This document shows, piece after piece, positions 1 through 9,672 of a stretch of DNA of 40,824 bases. Source of the stretch: Hormoscilla sp. (lineage in GTDB: Bacteria; Cyanobacteriota; Cyanobacteriia; Cyanobacteriales; Desertifilaceae); assembly GCA_051439505.1 (NCBI GenBank), contig JBFRWI010000222.1:1-40824 (forward strand), read 5' to 3'. Every line of letters starts with the position of its first letter. Position 1 is the stretch's first letter. The notes under the pieces are model-generated. The model saw nothing but the letters and a program-made list of their open reading frames with translations, did no database searches and was not told the DNA's origin. The translations under genes were made by a program, and so were the position numbers.

Positions 1-12
1 GACTATTTTGCT

Positions 13-267
13 GCCTTTCGGCTCTCCCTAAAAAGGGGTAAAGTTTGCCTCGGTCATGTTAAAGGGGCTTTTTACATCTGACTCACAAGGGACCACAAAT
101 CCATTCGTTCCGTTCCTTAAAGCCAGACGACAGAGCTACGAGCTGGCGCTCACCCGTAGGTGTCATGACCCCCCTAACGTAGGGCTAATCGGGGGACCTG
201 CATCTTGCATCTTCCCGAGGGAGCTAATTCCCGACATTGCCAGAAATTACCGGATTTTATACAAGAG
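13..267 (-). ncRNA. HEARO / omega-RNA (OMEGA IscB/IsrB-associated ncRNA scaffold), left copy
   Basis: Minus strand reads CTACGTT-agggg-GGTCATGACACC-tacgggtg-agc-GCCAG-ctcgtag-CTCTGTCG...TTAA...AAAAGC-ccctt-TAACAT-gac-CGAGGC-AAACTTTACCCC...GGGAG, the ordered conserved blocks I recognise from cyanobacterial HEARO/omega-RNAs. 5' stem TCTTGTAT/ATGCAAGA encloses the hairpin TAATTTCTGGCA-A-TGTCGGGAATTA; 3' GCC-GAAA-GGC tetraloop hairpin. Confidence 0.85.
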
Positions 268-286
268 TAAGAAAGTGAAATCAACC

Positions 287-2218
287 GTGTCCTCTAATAC
301 TATCAACAGCAGACAAATAGAAATCCTACCGTCAATAGGGCATTTTGCCCAGGGAGTAACGAAAGTAGCCGGAGGCACCATCCTTGGTCTGACCATGCTG
401 ACAAGTTCTGTGGTTGCCGGAGGACTGGTGGGCTTAGCGGTGAGCTTCCGGAACCTACCAGATGTCAGGATTCTCCGCAACTACGTGCCCACAGAAACTA
501 GCTATATCTACGATATCAAAGGCCGAGTCCTCACCAGAATCCATGATGAAGCCAACCGGGAAGTAGTCTCCCTGGATCGAATCTCTCCCCACCTCAAGCG
601 AGCAGTGCTGGCAATTGAAGATTCCCGCTTCTACGATCATCCTGGGATCAACCCTAACAGCGTGGCCCGCGCCTTCATCGCCAACTGGGAAGAGGGAGAA
701 GTGGTTGAAGGCGGATCCACGATCACCATGCAGTTGGTGAAAAATCTGTTTCTGTCTCCAGACCGTAACTTTACTCGCAAAGTAGCTGAAGCCGTACTCG
801 CCCTGCGACTAGAACAAATTCTCACCAAACAGCAAATTTTAGAGCTGTACCTCAATCAAGTCTACTGGGGTCACAACACCTATGGGGTGCAGACCGCAGC
901 CCAGAGCTATTTTAATAAAAAAGCTGCTGATTTAACCCTCGCCGAAGCAGCCCTGATGGCAGGAATCATTCAGGCACCCGAAGGCTTTAGCCCCTTCATT
1001 AATTACCCACTGGCTAAAGAGCGCCAGTCTCTGGTCTTAAACCGGATGAAAGAATTGGGCTGGATCACCGCAGAGGAAGAAGCACAAGCAAGAGCCCAAC
1101 CCTTGCTCGTGGGCCGACCAACATCCTTTGGCAAGAGTGAGATTCCTTATCTGACAGATGCTGTTGTTAAGGAACTATCAGACCGCTTTGGTGAAGATGC
1201 CGTGCTCAACGGCGGTATGCGGGTTCAAACCACGATCGACCTCAATTTCCAACGGATGGCTGAGAGCATCGTCAGCAAATGGCATACTCGGCTTTACTAC
1301 CAAGGAGTATTTTACAACTACAACCAAGGTCAAATTGCTTTAGTTGCTGTCGATCCTCGCACTCACTTTGTCAAGGCCATGGTCGGTGGCCTGGATTTTA
1401 CCGAAAGTAACTACAACCGTGCCATCATGGCCCAACGTCAGCCAGGCTCGGCTTTCAAGCCCTTTGTCTACTATACGGCTTTTGCTAGCGGCAGATATAG
1501 CCCTAACTCTATTGTCTATGACACGAAGCAGACCTATTGGGATGGCAAGGAGTATTACACGCCCAAAAACTATAGCAACACATACTCTGGTGCAGTCAGC
1601 ATTCGCAAAGCTCTAGAACTGTCCCTCAATGTTCCCGCTGTCAAGATCGGTCAAGCTATAGGAATGAATAAGGTGATTGAGGTGGTTCGGAGTTTGGGGG
1701 TTAAAAGTCCGATCGCACCGGTGATTTCCTTGCCTCTGGGTTCCGTGGATCTGACGCCTTTAGAGATGGCTGGTGCTTTTGCGACTTTTGCCAACAATGG
1801 CTGGCATTCCGATACCACGTTTATTGTCCAGGTGACTGACACTAATGGCAATGTCCTACTAGATAACACGCCCGAACCGCAAAGGGTACTCGACCCTTGG
1901 GCAGTGGCGACCCTCAATAACGTATTGCAGGGTGTGATTAATGACGGAACGGGTAAGGAAGCTAAAATGAAGGGGCGTCCTGCTGCTGGCAAGACCGGTA
2001 CTACTTCTTCCGAGCGCGATATTTGGTTTGTTGGCTTCGTGCCCCAGCTCTCAGTTGCCGTTTGGGTGGGCAATGATGACTACAAACCTCTGGGATATAA
2101 AGCTACTGGTGGTAAGTTTGTGGCACCGATCTGGCGCGATTTTATGCGGCAAGCCCTGGCCAATGAACCGGTGCAAAATTTCCGCAAAGCTTGGGAATTT
2201 CCCCGCCCTCGTCCTTGA
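287..2218 (+). CDS. mrcA: Class A penicillin-binding protein (PBP1A family; transglycosylase + transpeptidase)
   Basis: EDSRFYDHPG and GGSTITMQLVKN transglycosylase motifs; SAFK, SLN and KTG transpeptidase motifs; N-terminal TM. In-frame GTG at 287 (VSSNT) is preferred because the 56-286 extension is antisense omega-RNA. Confidence 0.93.
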   Translation: MSSNTINSRQIEILPSIGHFAQGVTKVAGGTILGLTMLTSSVVAGGLVGLAVSFRNLPDVRILRNYVPTETSYIYDIKGRVLTRIHDEANREVVSLDRISPHLKRAVLAIEDSRFYDHPGINPNSVARAFIANWEEGEVVEGGSTITMQLVKNLFLSPDRNFTRKVAEAVLALRLEQILTKQQILELYLNQVYWGHNTYGVQTAAQSYFNKKAADLTLAEAALMAGIIQAPEGFSPFINYPLAKERQSLVLNRMKELGWITAEEEAQARAQPLLVGRPTSFGKSEIPYLTDAVVKELSDRFGEDAVLNGGMRVQTTIDLNFQRMAESIVSKWHTRLYYQGVFYNYNQGQIALVAVDPRTHFVKAMVGGLDFTESNYNRAIMAQRQPGSAFKPFVYYTAFASGRYSPNSIVYDTKQTYWDGKEYYTPKNYSNTYSGAVSIRKALELSLNVPAVKIGQAIGMNKVIEVVRSLGVKSPIAPVISLPLGSVDLTPLEMAGAFATFANNGWHSDTTFIVQVTDTNGNVLLDNTPEPQRVLDPWAVATLNNVLQGVINDGTGKEAKMKGRPAAGKTGTTSSERDIWFVGFVPQLSVAVWVGNDDYKPLGYKATGGKFVAPIWRDFMRQALANEPVQNFRKAWEFPRPRP

Positions 2219-2248
2219 CCGATGGGATCGCGATCGCAACGTGATCGC

Positions 2249-2572
2249 TTAAGACGGCTTTTCGATTTCCGACTTCATCCGTTCCAGGGTGAGGTTCATC
2301 TGGTCAAACATTTGCTGAGGCGTGATGCCAAATTGACCCAGCTGGGTTTTCAACTGCTCGATCGTCATCTGGGCCATGAAGTCTTCAGAAAGCTCAAAGC
2401 GCTTCATAAAGATGCGGTAGCGCTCCATCAAGGCTTCCATTTGCTGGATGAATAATTTTTTTCCTTCGCGGTCAAATTTGCCATAGTCACTTCCGAGTTG
2501 GACGAGAGACTGGTAATCGGAAAACAACTTCTTGGCTTCTTCCTGGACTATATCAGAATCAAAAAATCCCAT
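2249..2572 (-). CDS. DUF1825 family protein
   Basis: MGFFDSDIVQEEAKKLFSDYQSL...GKFDREGKKLFI...RFELSEDF matches this conserved cyanobacterial family. Confidence 0.88.
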   Translation of the reverse strand: MGFFDSDIVQEEAKKLFSDYQSLVQLGSDYGKFDREGKKLFIQQMEALMERYRIFMKRFELSEDFMAQMTIEQLKTQLGQFGITPQQMFDQMNLTLERMKSEIEKPS

Positions 2573-2853
2573 TGCTCTTGAGGTTGATTTGCTTGAAAGT
2601 AGTGCGCCATGCTGTGCATCTACTTACATTCTAGTGCAGCCTTGGGTTTGGTGGAAAATGCGGTTTTCCGTATCATCCGCCTAGTCCGGGCGGATCGCCT
2701 GTCAACTCCGATGCCCTCCATTCTACAGATAAAGGGTTAATAAGCGTAACGCATCGCCAATATCGGTGCGTTACATGGGTATCTGACGATCGCCCTCTCT
2801 TCTGTTGTAAGTATAAATACATAACGCACCCCAATACTTCTCAGTTAATAACC

Positions 2854-2929
2854 TGTCCGGAGCGAGGGGGGAGCCCAAACCGACATTGTCGGGAGCCCTG
2901 CCACCGATCCCCCCCCCTCGCTCCGGACA
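2854..2929. repeat. Palindromic REP/RPE-like element, variant of 28818-28980
   Basis: Arms TGTCCGGAGCGAGGGGGG / CCCCCCTCGCTCCGGACA; internal GAGCCCAAACCGACAT shared with the 28818 copy. Confidence 0.8.
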
Positions 2930-2934
2930 AATAA

Positions 2935-3104
2935 GGCGTTGCACATTGAGGGGATGATAGCAGCCAATTTTTCAACTTTGCGCTCTGGCTAATTGCTAAT
3001 TGAAAAGAGTAAAGCTATCTATTCATGACTACAAATGACGATCTCAATTAACCATTGACAATTAGCAATTAGCAGCCGGAATCATCCCGTCGTTGTGCAA
3101 CGCC
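2935..3104. mobile_element. MITE, 170 bp, imperfect 24-bp TIR, 8-bp TSD
   Basis: TIR GGCGTTGCACATTGAGGGGATGAT / ATCATCCCGTCGTTGTGCAACGCC; ACAAATAA duplicated at 2927-2934 and 3105-3112. Confidence 0.88.
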
Positions 3105-3155
3105 ACAAATAATATGCAAAACCTACGAAGTATTGTAACGCACCCAACAGAAGCA

Positions 3156-3728
3156 TTAGATTGGACCAATGCGGTTAGGTGGCCAAAATCGAAAGCAGGC
3201 GCGACCAATGATATTCTCCTTGGGCAAAAAGCCCCAAATGTGGGAGTCATTGCTGTTATTGCGGTTGTCTCCCATCATAAATAATTTGTCTTCGGGAACC
3301 TGGTAAGGGCCCCAGGAATATTCTGGCAACTCGGCAATGTAGTCTTCCTCCTGGGGTTGATTATCCAGGTAGACAAAGCCATTTTTTACTTCCACAGTTT
3401 GACCCGGTTCTCCAATAATCCGCTTGATGAAGGCTTGATCTGTAGTGTATCCCAGTCTTTGCAGGACTTTGGGCGGTTCAAAGACTACTATCTCGCCCCT
3501 CGCCGGTGGACGAAAATGGTAGGATACTTTTTCCACTACTAGCCTGTCGTCCACTCTCAAAGTTGGCACCATTGAATCCGAGGGAATGTAGCGGGGTTCC
3601 GCCACAAATATCCGCAGTAACAGCGCTATAATCAGGGCAATTACTACTATCAGCAGATTTTCCCGTTGCCCACGCCATACCCGCTGCCACAAGGCTGTAT
3701 CTTCTATTTGCTTTTCTGGTGATGTCAT
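3156..3728 (-). CDS. lepB: Signal peptidase I
   Basis: IPSDSMVPTL (catalytic Ser), FIKRIIG (Lys), GDNRNNSNDSH; start set at MTSPEK. Confidence 0.95.
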   Translation of the reverse strand: MTSPEKQIEDTALWQRVWRGQRENLLIVVIALIIALLLRIFVAEPRYIPSDSMVPTLRVDDRLVVEKVSYHFRPPARGEIVVFEPPKVLQRLGYTTDQAFIKRIIGEPGQTVEVKNGFVYLDNQPQEEDYIAELPEYSWGPYQVPEDKLFMMGDNRNNSNDSHIWGFLPKENIIGRACFRFWPPNRIGPI

Positions 3729-3838
3729 AAAATGAAGAAGACGACTTATTTGGATAAAGGATAAACTGTTATTTGCCAACTGTCAATTGCCAATTGTCAA
3801 TTTTGCTCCTTGATATTATCCTTGAGCTATCCTATATT

Positions 3839-4018
3839 ATGGTAAACCCAAAAGAAACCTGGTACATCGTCAAGGGATCCGATGGTCACTGCGACTCCAC
3901 CTTACCCTCATCGGACAAACAGGAGTAGATCGCCTCTTGGGGACCTAATACTTGCTCCACAAGAGGCGATCGCCAAGCGAGTCGGACTGATTCGAGCTGG
4001 GAGCGTCAAGCTATGTGA
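3839..4018 (+). pseudogene. Disrupted copy of a conserved small cyanobacterial protein (WYIVK..DGHC / WGP / QEAIAKRVGLIRAG)
   Basis: Manual translation MVNPKETWYIVKGSDGHCDSTLPSSDKQE*IASWGP, then a frameshift to APQEAIAKRVGLIRAG. Family recalled from memory; absent from the ORF track. Confidence 0.6.
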
Positions 4019-4097
4019 TTACATCTGCTGCCACTAAAAGCGATTTGTCGGTGTCTCCGGGAGCATCTGCGACTACGATGTCTCGGGGGTAGTGCGG

Positions 4098-5417
4098 TTA
4101 GCGCTCCCCCGAGACATCGAGATCCGTTGGAGACACCGATTGGGCGCGATTTTCTCGCCGCTTGGCAATTTCGTGATTCAGCACTTCCAATGCTCTAGCA
4201 TATTGGGGGTCTGCCTTGGTGCCAATTAAGGTCAGATCTCGCCTCAATTGTTGCTTCTGAGCGTCTGTCAGAGAAATCTCCACATCCGGATCTATTCCAT
4301 GCTTATTGATGTCACGACCATTGGGGGTGAGATACTTGGCGATCGTCACTGCCAGACCGGAACCATCTCCCAAGGGCCGCACTGATTGCACCAAACCTTT
4401 GCCGAAAGTTTGGGTGCCGACGATCGTGGCACGTTCATTGTCCTGCAATGCTCCTGAAAGGATCTCACTCGCACTCGCCGAACCCCCATCCACCAGTACC
4501 ACCAGAGGCTTATCTGTCAGAGCGCGTCTCCTCGCCCACTGCGCATCACTTTCTCCCTTGCGGTTAACCGTCGAGACTATTCTACCATTTTCCAGCCACA
4601 TCCGGGCAATGTCCACCGAGGCGTAAAGTAAGCCACCGGGGTTTGAACGCAGATCCAAGATATAACCAGACACATTCTTGGCTTCTAAATCTTCGATCGC
4701 ATCTCGCATTTTCCGCGCAGCTGGGTTGCTAAACTGCTTCAAGCGAATGTAACCGATGCCCTGCTCATTTGCTTCTGGCTTATGGCTGTAGCTGACTGGA
4801 TGAATCTCAATCCTTTCCCGCTTAATGAGAAAATCTATTTCCTCCTTGCCTCGCAGGATCGTCAGGGTCACTGATGATCCCACTGGCCCCCGGATCAACT
4901 TTACCGCATCATTAACATCCATGCCTTCGGTACTCTTCCCATCAATTTTGATGATGAAGTCCTTGGCAATAATACCAGCCTTAAAAGCTGGCGTGTCTTC
5001 GATCGGAGATACCACCACGAGCTTTTTGGTTTCTTCATCTTGTGACAGCTGAATACCCACACCGGTCAGTTCCCCAGAAGTGTCAATTTGCATATTTTTG
5101 AACTCTTCGGGGTCCATGAACCTAGTGTAAGGGTCATTCAGCTGCTCTAGCATTTCCCGGATCGCCTTATATGCTTCTTCGGAGGTGGTGTAATTGCGCT
5201 CCAGGTAATCCGTCCGCACCGCTTTCCAATCTACCTGATTAAATGTGCCATCGACATAGTTACGGTCAATAATCTGCCACACTTCATCTACGAGTTCTTT
5301 CGGGCTGTCCTGAAAGAATGCTTGACCCCGCAGATGAATACCTGCACTGGCAACGGCTACTGCTGTTAACATCACTGCCGTTGCACCTACAACGAGTCCT
5401 CGTGTTGTTTTTGTCAT
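4098..5417 (-). CDS. ctpC: Carboxyl-terminal processing protease (S41, PDZ), CtpC-like
   Basis: LDLRSNPGG, SASASEI, TFGKGLVQ, PDZ segment, signal peptide; downstream of ispG. Start set at MTKTTRG. Confidence 0.88.
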   Translation of the reverse strand: MTKTTRGLVVGATAVMLTAVAVASAGIHLRGQAFFQDSPKELVDEVWQIIDRNYVDGTFNQVDWKAVRTDYLERNYTTSEEAYKAIREMLEQLNDPYTRFMDPEEFKNMQIDTSGELTGVGIQLSQDEETKKLVVVSPIEDTPAFKAGIIAKDFIIKIDGKSTEGMDVNDAVKLIRGPVGSSVTLTILRGKEEIDFLIKRERIEIHPVSYSHKPEANEQGIGYIRLKQFSNPAARKMRDAIEDLEAKNVSGYILDLRSNPGGLLYASVDIARMWLENGRIVSTVNRKGESDAQWARRRALTDKPLVVLVDGGSASASEILSGALQDNERATIVGTQTFGKGLVQSVRPLGDGSGLAVTIAKYLTPNGRDINKHGIDPDVEISLTDAQKQQLRRDLTLIGTKADPQYARALEVLNHEIAKRRENRAQSVSPTDLDVSGER

Positions 5418-5493
5418 AATTTTAAGAGAACTGGATATACTTTGGAGGGTATTTAATCCCAATTTAACACAGGGGATTTTGGCTCTGGTTAAT

Positions 5494-5644
5494 GGGTGTG
5501 GTCATGCATTTGTTGTAAGGGCTCCCCCCCAAACCCCCCCTTCCAAAAGGGGGGGCTTCCGTAGCCCCCCTTTTTAAGGGGGGTTTGGGGGGATCCGGCG
5601 ACTGGGATGGCCGCCCGTTAGATCGACGGGTTTTGACCACACCC
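5494..5644. mobile_element. MITE (GGGTGTGGTCA TIR family) carrying a nested poly-C/poly-G palindrome; 9-bp TSD
   Basis: TIR GGGTGTGGTCA / TGACCACACCC; CTGGTTAAT at 5485-5493 and 5645-5653. Confidence 0.9.
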
Positions 5645-5837
5645 CTGGTTAATTGGGCTAGCGATCGTTGTTGGAGCGCGATCGGGAAGCCTTTTCCCGA
5701 CTACAAGCTTTCGGGATCGGCAATTGTCTGGTCTTTTTTCTAGCACGATCGCTCGGAAATTTTCCCAACCACACAATTGCCGATCGAAGTAACTTGCCTT
5801 TACTATCTGGGACGGTCTATCTGACGACGGATATTTT

Positions 5838-7055
5838 TTACGGATCCACCCAGAGACCGTCTGCCTTAATCAAATCGATCAATTCTTCCACTCCGCGAGA
5901 TTCGGGGACTTTTTTGATTTCTTCTCTACCACGATACAGAGAAATATATCCCGGCTGCTTGCCGACATAGCCGTAGTCGGCATCGGCCATTTCCCCGGGG
6001 CCATTGACAATACAACCCATAACGGCTATATCTAGACCTGTCAGATGTTTGGTTGCTTCTCGCACAGACGCGAGAACCTCTTCTAGGTTAAACAGGGTGC
6101 GACCACAAGAGGGACAAGCCACGTACTCGACCATTGTTTTCCGCAGTCCCAGGGCTTGTAGAATACTGTAGCATACAGGAATCTCTTTTTCGGGAGCTTC
6201 GGTGAGGGAAACACGAATCGTATCGCCAATCCCATCGGCTAGCAGGGTAGCTATTCCTGCTGTAGACTTAATCCGCCCATATTCGCCGTCACCGGCTTCG
6301 GTGACACCTAAATGCAAAGGATAATCCATCCCCAGTTCATCCATGCGCTTGACCATCAGGCGATAGGCTGCTAGCATGACTGGTACCCGCGATGCCTTCA
6401 GGGAGATAACCAGATTGCGAAAATCGAGAGATTCACAAATTTTAATGAACTCTATAGCTGATTCTACCATACCTGCTGGGGTGTCGCCGTAGGTAAACAG
6501 CATCCTTTCGGCCAGGGAACCGTGATTAACGCCGATGCGCATGGCTTTGCCAGCGTCTCGCAGGGCAATCACCAGGGGTTCTAGGGTTTGGCGGATTTTG
6601 TCGCCGATTTCGTCAAATTCCGCTGGCGTGTATTCTGTTCTATCTGGCTTGGGCTTTTCAAACAGGTACAAACCGGGATTAATCCGGACTTTATCGACAT
6701 GTTTGGCTACTTCCAGGGCGATTTTCATGCCGTTGTGATGGACATCGGCCACCAGCGGTACCTCTTGGTAAGTCTCAATCAGTTTTTGCTTGATTTGACC
6801 TAGGGCTACCGCATGTGCCATGCTGGGAACGGTGACGCGGACGATTTCGCAACCAATCGAGTGCAGGCGACGAATGGCAGCGATCGATCCTTCTATATCC
6901 AGGGTATCTTCGTTAATCATGGACTGCACCACGACGGGATAGCCTCCACCGATGGTGATGTTGCCCACTTTCACTGGCCTGGTTTTACGCCGGTGTATGG
7001 TAGTGTCAAAGCTGGGTTGACTTGATGTGGTTGTGGGTTTGGTCAGGGTCTGCAT
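5838..7055 (-). CDS. ispG: (E)-4-hydroxy-3-methylbut-2-enyl-diphosphate synthase
   Basis: [52 protein letters not shown]. Confidence 0.97.
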   Translation of the reverse strand: MQTLTKPTTTSSQPSFDTTIHRRKTRPVKVGNITIGGGYPVVVQSMINEDTLDIEGSIAAIRRLHSIGCEIVRVTVPSMAHAVALGQIKQKLIETYQEVPLVADVHHNGMKIALEVAKHVDKVRINPGLYLFEKPKPDRTEYTPAEFDEIGDKIRQTLEPLVIALRDAGKAMRIGVNHGSLAERMLFTYGDTPAGMVESAIEFIKICESLDFRNLVISLKASRVPVMLAAYRLMVKRMDELGMDYPLHLGVTEAGDGEYGRIKSTAGIATLLADGIGDTIRVSLTEAPEKEIPVCYSILQALGLRKTMVEYVACPSCGRTLFNLEEVLASVREATKHLTGLDIAVMGCIVNGPGEMADADYGYVGKQPGYISLYRGREEIKKVPESRGVEELIDLIKADGLWVDP

Positions 7056-7514
7056 AAGTTGTTGATGCGATCTCTACTTTTCAGATTGCCACAACTGAGG
7101 TCACTTTTTCTCAACAAATCCGACTATCGATCTCCAGCAGCTTAGTTTCATGCCTTGATTGCGGTACACTCATGAGATCCCACCAGTCTCCACCGTTGGT
7201 ACTCTCCTTGAGGAGATCGCCGGTTGCTATCTAGGCCAAATGGCGATGGGAAGGAATTTAACATCTGGCGGCGCCACCCGAGAGCACAGGATTGAGATAT
7301 CGAGCCGCGGATCGGCATATGCAATTCGGCGCGACAGTAAGGTATGATATGGTTGAAAATATCAGTCTATATGATGCTCAATTGGTCAGACATAAGTTTG
7401 CGATCGCGGCTTCAAGTCTTGTCGAACTTGGCGGGAATACTTGTTATGTGATAATTTCGGGCATTATTATACTGAAAAATGAAAACTGACAAGTTAATGC
7501 AAAGATGAGGATTT

Positions 7515-8024
7515 ATGGAGCGAAACTCTGGTAAGGTAATGTTAGACAATGGCGAATGGATCAGAGCATTGGGGCTGATTGAGTCGAATAGCCGTGCCCT
7601 AGCTGCTTTATCAGATAAGGTCGAATCGGAACGCCGGGAAAAACATCAGCTAATTGAGTCCAATAGTCGGGCGATCGCGGCTTTAGGTGAGAAGGTGACA
7701 GATACCGAAAAGACGGATTTGGAGCTGATCAAAGCCAATAGTCAAGCGATCGGCAATTTGACTAAGGTTCTCGGTCAGATGCAAGATAGACAGGCAATGC
7801 TGACAAAATTGCTTTCCGAACAACAGGAACTTCTCCAGGAGTTTAGACAGATTGTTAAAGAAATTTTGAAAAGATTGGAACAATCACAAACTCAGACGAA
7901 TGAGGATTTGGAAACGATCGCCCACGAACTGGTGGGGATGCGAGATGTTTTTATGAACATGCAGCAGGAAGTTTTATCTATGTTGCCGGATGTGGAGCAG
8001 AAGCAACAATCTCAGTTAGATTGA
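7515..8024 (+). CDS. Coiled-coil hypothetical protein with three 25-aa LIESNSRAIAAL-type repeats
   Basis: GAGG RBS upstream; internal repeats; Q/E/L-rich helical composition. Confidence 0.75.
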   Translation: MERNSGKVMLDNGEWIRALGLIESNSRALAALSDKVESERREKHQLIESNSRAIAALGEKVTDTEKTDLELIKANSQAIGNLTKVLGQMQDRQAMLTKLLSEQQELLQEFRQIVKEILKRLEQSQTQTNEDLETIAHELVGMRDVFMNMQQEVLSMLPDVEQKQQSQLD

Positions 8025-8053
8025 TTTGTCGATCGATTGACTTGGGATGCCGA

Positions 8054-8082
8054 AAGGGGATGCAACGAGTTTAGCATCCCCC
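8054..8082. terminator. Hairpin between convergent genes
   Basis: GGGATGC-aacgagttta-GCATCCC. Confidence 0.45.
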
Positions 8083-8111
8083 GCTGCCCTTTTATTCGGG
8101 GAAGTCAGGAA

Positions 8112-8294
8112 TCACCCATTGGGGTGGTTGCAGGCGTTTTTTCTGACGGCTTCGTCAGCTATCTCCAGCATCGTATCCAAGGAAGTATTTTTGATGAACT
8201 TGGATGCGGACTCGGCATAGGCGCGGTGGGGACATTTATCTCCCAAAATGCAGCCGTTGACGCAGGCTTCAGCGCAGTTGATAGTAGGTTCCAT
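8112..8294 (-). CDS. Small Cys-rich conserved cyanobacterial protein; probable frameshifted C-terminus extending to 8092
   Basis: NCAEACVNGCILGDKCP motif; the -1 frame after the A6 run gives KKRLQPPQWVIPDFPE*. Confidence 0.75.
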   Translation of the reverse strand: MEPTINCAEACVNGCILGDKCPHRAYAESASKFIKNTSLDTMLEIADEAVRKNACNHPNG

Positions 8295-8337
8295 GAGTCA
8301 GGGATGAAAGACTTTGAATTAAGGATTGTTTGACAGT

Positions 8338-9672
8338 TTAGTCGGACTGTAATTCTAGCATTTTTGTCCGGGCAAATTTCAGCAATTCTTGAGCTTCAGC
8401 TGTTGCTGTGGTTCCTGGCTGTACAATTTCCAACTGATTAATAATACTTTGTAATTTACTGGCGAGTAAACCTCGGTTGGGATTAGAACCAGCTAGGGTT
8501 TGCCACTGGACAATTTCGGCTTTGGCCCGTCGGAGTGCAGTCACAGACTCATTTTCGGCTTGCCGTCGAGTTCGCGTTACCCCCAGGTTTTGCTGATATT
8601 GAGCTAGTTTTTGTTGGGCATCGACATAGGCGGGATCTCCGAGTGGGACTCGTTTCAGGCGATCGATCGCTTGCTGCCACAAACGACCAATTTCTTGCCA
8701 TTCGGCGGCGGTGTGGGGCGGGTTTTGGGCGGCGTTAGCAGCGGCCCAGCCAAATTGCTTGGCTGCTGCAATTAAGCTATCGCTGCGCTGACTGGCAGTC
8801 GCTTGACTGGAAACTTGCAGAAAATCTCGTCGGTAGGCAGCTAGTTGAGTTTGGGACATTCTTCCTGCTAGAGTTTGGGAGGGGATTTGATTGAGCAGAT
8901 CCATTCCCCCTTGCCAAGCGGCGATCGCCTCTTGTTTTTCTGCGGCATCCTGGGCCTGTTGATACTGCTGCTTGGCCTTGTTAACTGCTGCGGTTCCTTC
9001 TGTCAGCAGAGTCTGGGCATTTTGTTCTTGATAAACTTTAGCTTCCATGCGGCCCACCCGTTTGCGGGCTGATTCAAACTCGTCGAGGGTGAACTGCCAA
9101 GTGCAACTAAACAAGGTACAGTATCTTTGGGGATAATAGCCGAGAAACCAAACGGGCAAAGCATCTAGATGGGCTTGTGCTTTTTTTACCTTCTGTGTAC
9201 CCAATTCAAAATCAACAGCGCTAGTGGCTTTGTTGACTAGCTGATCCGCTTGCTCAATAGAGGCGATCGCCCCGCGATAATTACGATCCATGCTCATATA
9301 ACTGGGCAGCAGCAAAAGTGGGGCAGTCCGCGCCACTGGCCACCTAATCATCGGATAAGGCAAGTTAACGACATAGAACAACCCTGCGGCACCCAATAAC
9401 AGGGCTGCCGGCCACTTCATTTTACCCAATGCTGACGGTGGACGGTTGGCCTTCGAGGCTGCTTTGAGGGCTTTTTCACTAAACTGAGGAAACACATCCA
9501 TAACCGTGTCTCGCAGTTCTTCCTCTGGGGCGGGGTCGCCTTTTTGTAGACGCAGCTTTTCTAAGCGCTGCATCACTATCGACTTCTCAGTTTGGCTCAA
9601 CTGATCTGTGCCAGCACATTGGTAAACTTCTGCTCGCAGGATTTCAAAAGCACGCTTATTCAGACGGGACAT
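8338..9672 (-). CDS. Membrane-anchored helical (TPR-like) hypothetical protein
   Basis: Long ORF, single TM, VNLPYPMIRWPVARTAPLLLLPSY motif; start set at MSRLNKR. Confidence 0.8.
   Translation of the reverse strand: MSRLNKRAFEILRAEVYQCAGTDQLSQTEKSIVMQRLEKLRLQKGDPAPEEELRDTVMDVFPQFSEKALKAASKANRPPSALGKMKWPAALLLGAAGLFYVVNLPYPMIRWPVARTAPLLLLPSYMSMDRNYRGAIASIEQADQLVNKATSAVDFELGTQKVKKAQAHLDALPVWFLGYYPQRYCTLFSCTWQFTLDEFESARKRVGRMEAKVYQEQNAQTLLTEGTAAVNKAKQQYQQAQDAAEKQEAIAAWQGGMDLLNQIPSQTLAGRMSQTQLAAYRRDFLQVSSQATASQRSDSLIAAAKQFGWAAANAAQNPPHTAAEWQEIGRLWQQAIDRLKRVPLGDPAYVDAQQKLAQYQQNLGVTRTRRQAENESVTALRRAKAEIVQWQTLAGSNPNRGLLASKLQSIINQLEIVQPGTTATAEAQELLKFARTKMLELQSD

Noticed and set aside
56..286. 77-aa N-terminal extension of PBP1A
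   Set aside because: It is mostly the antisense of the omega-RNA; the natural-looking start is GTG 287.
5668..5970. 100-aa plus-strand ORF and similar short antisense ORFs throughout the track
   Set aside because: They overlap well-supported genes on the opposite strand or repeat DNA, and show no motifs.
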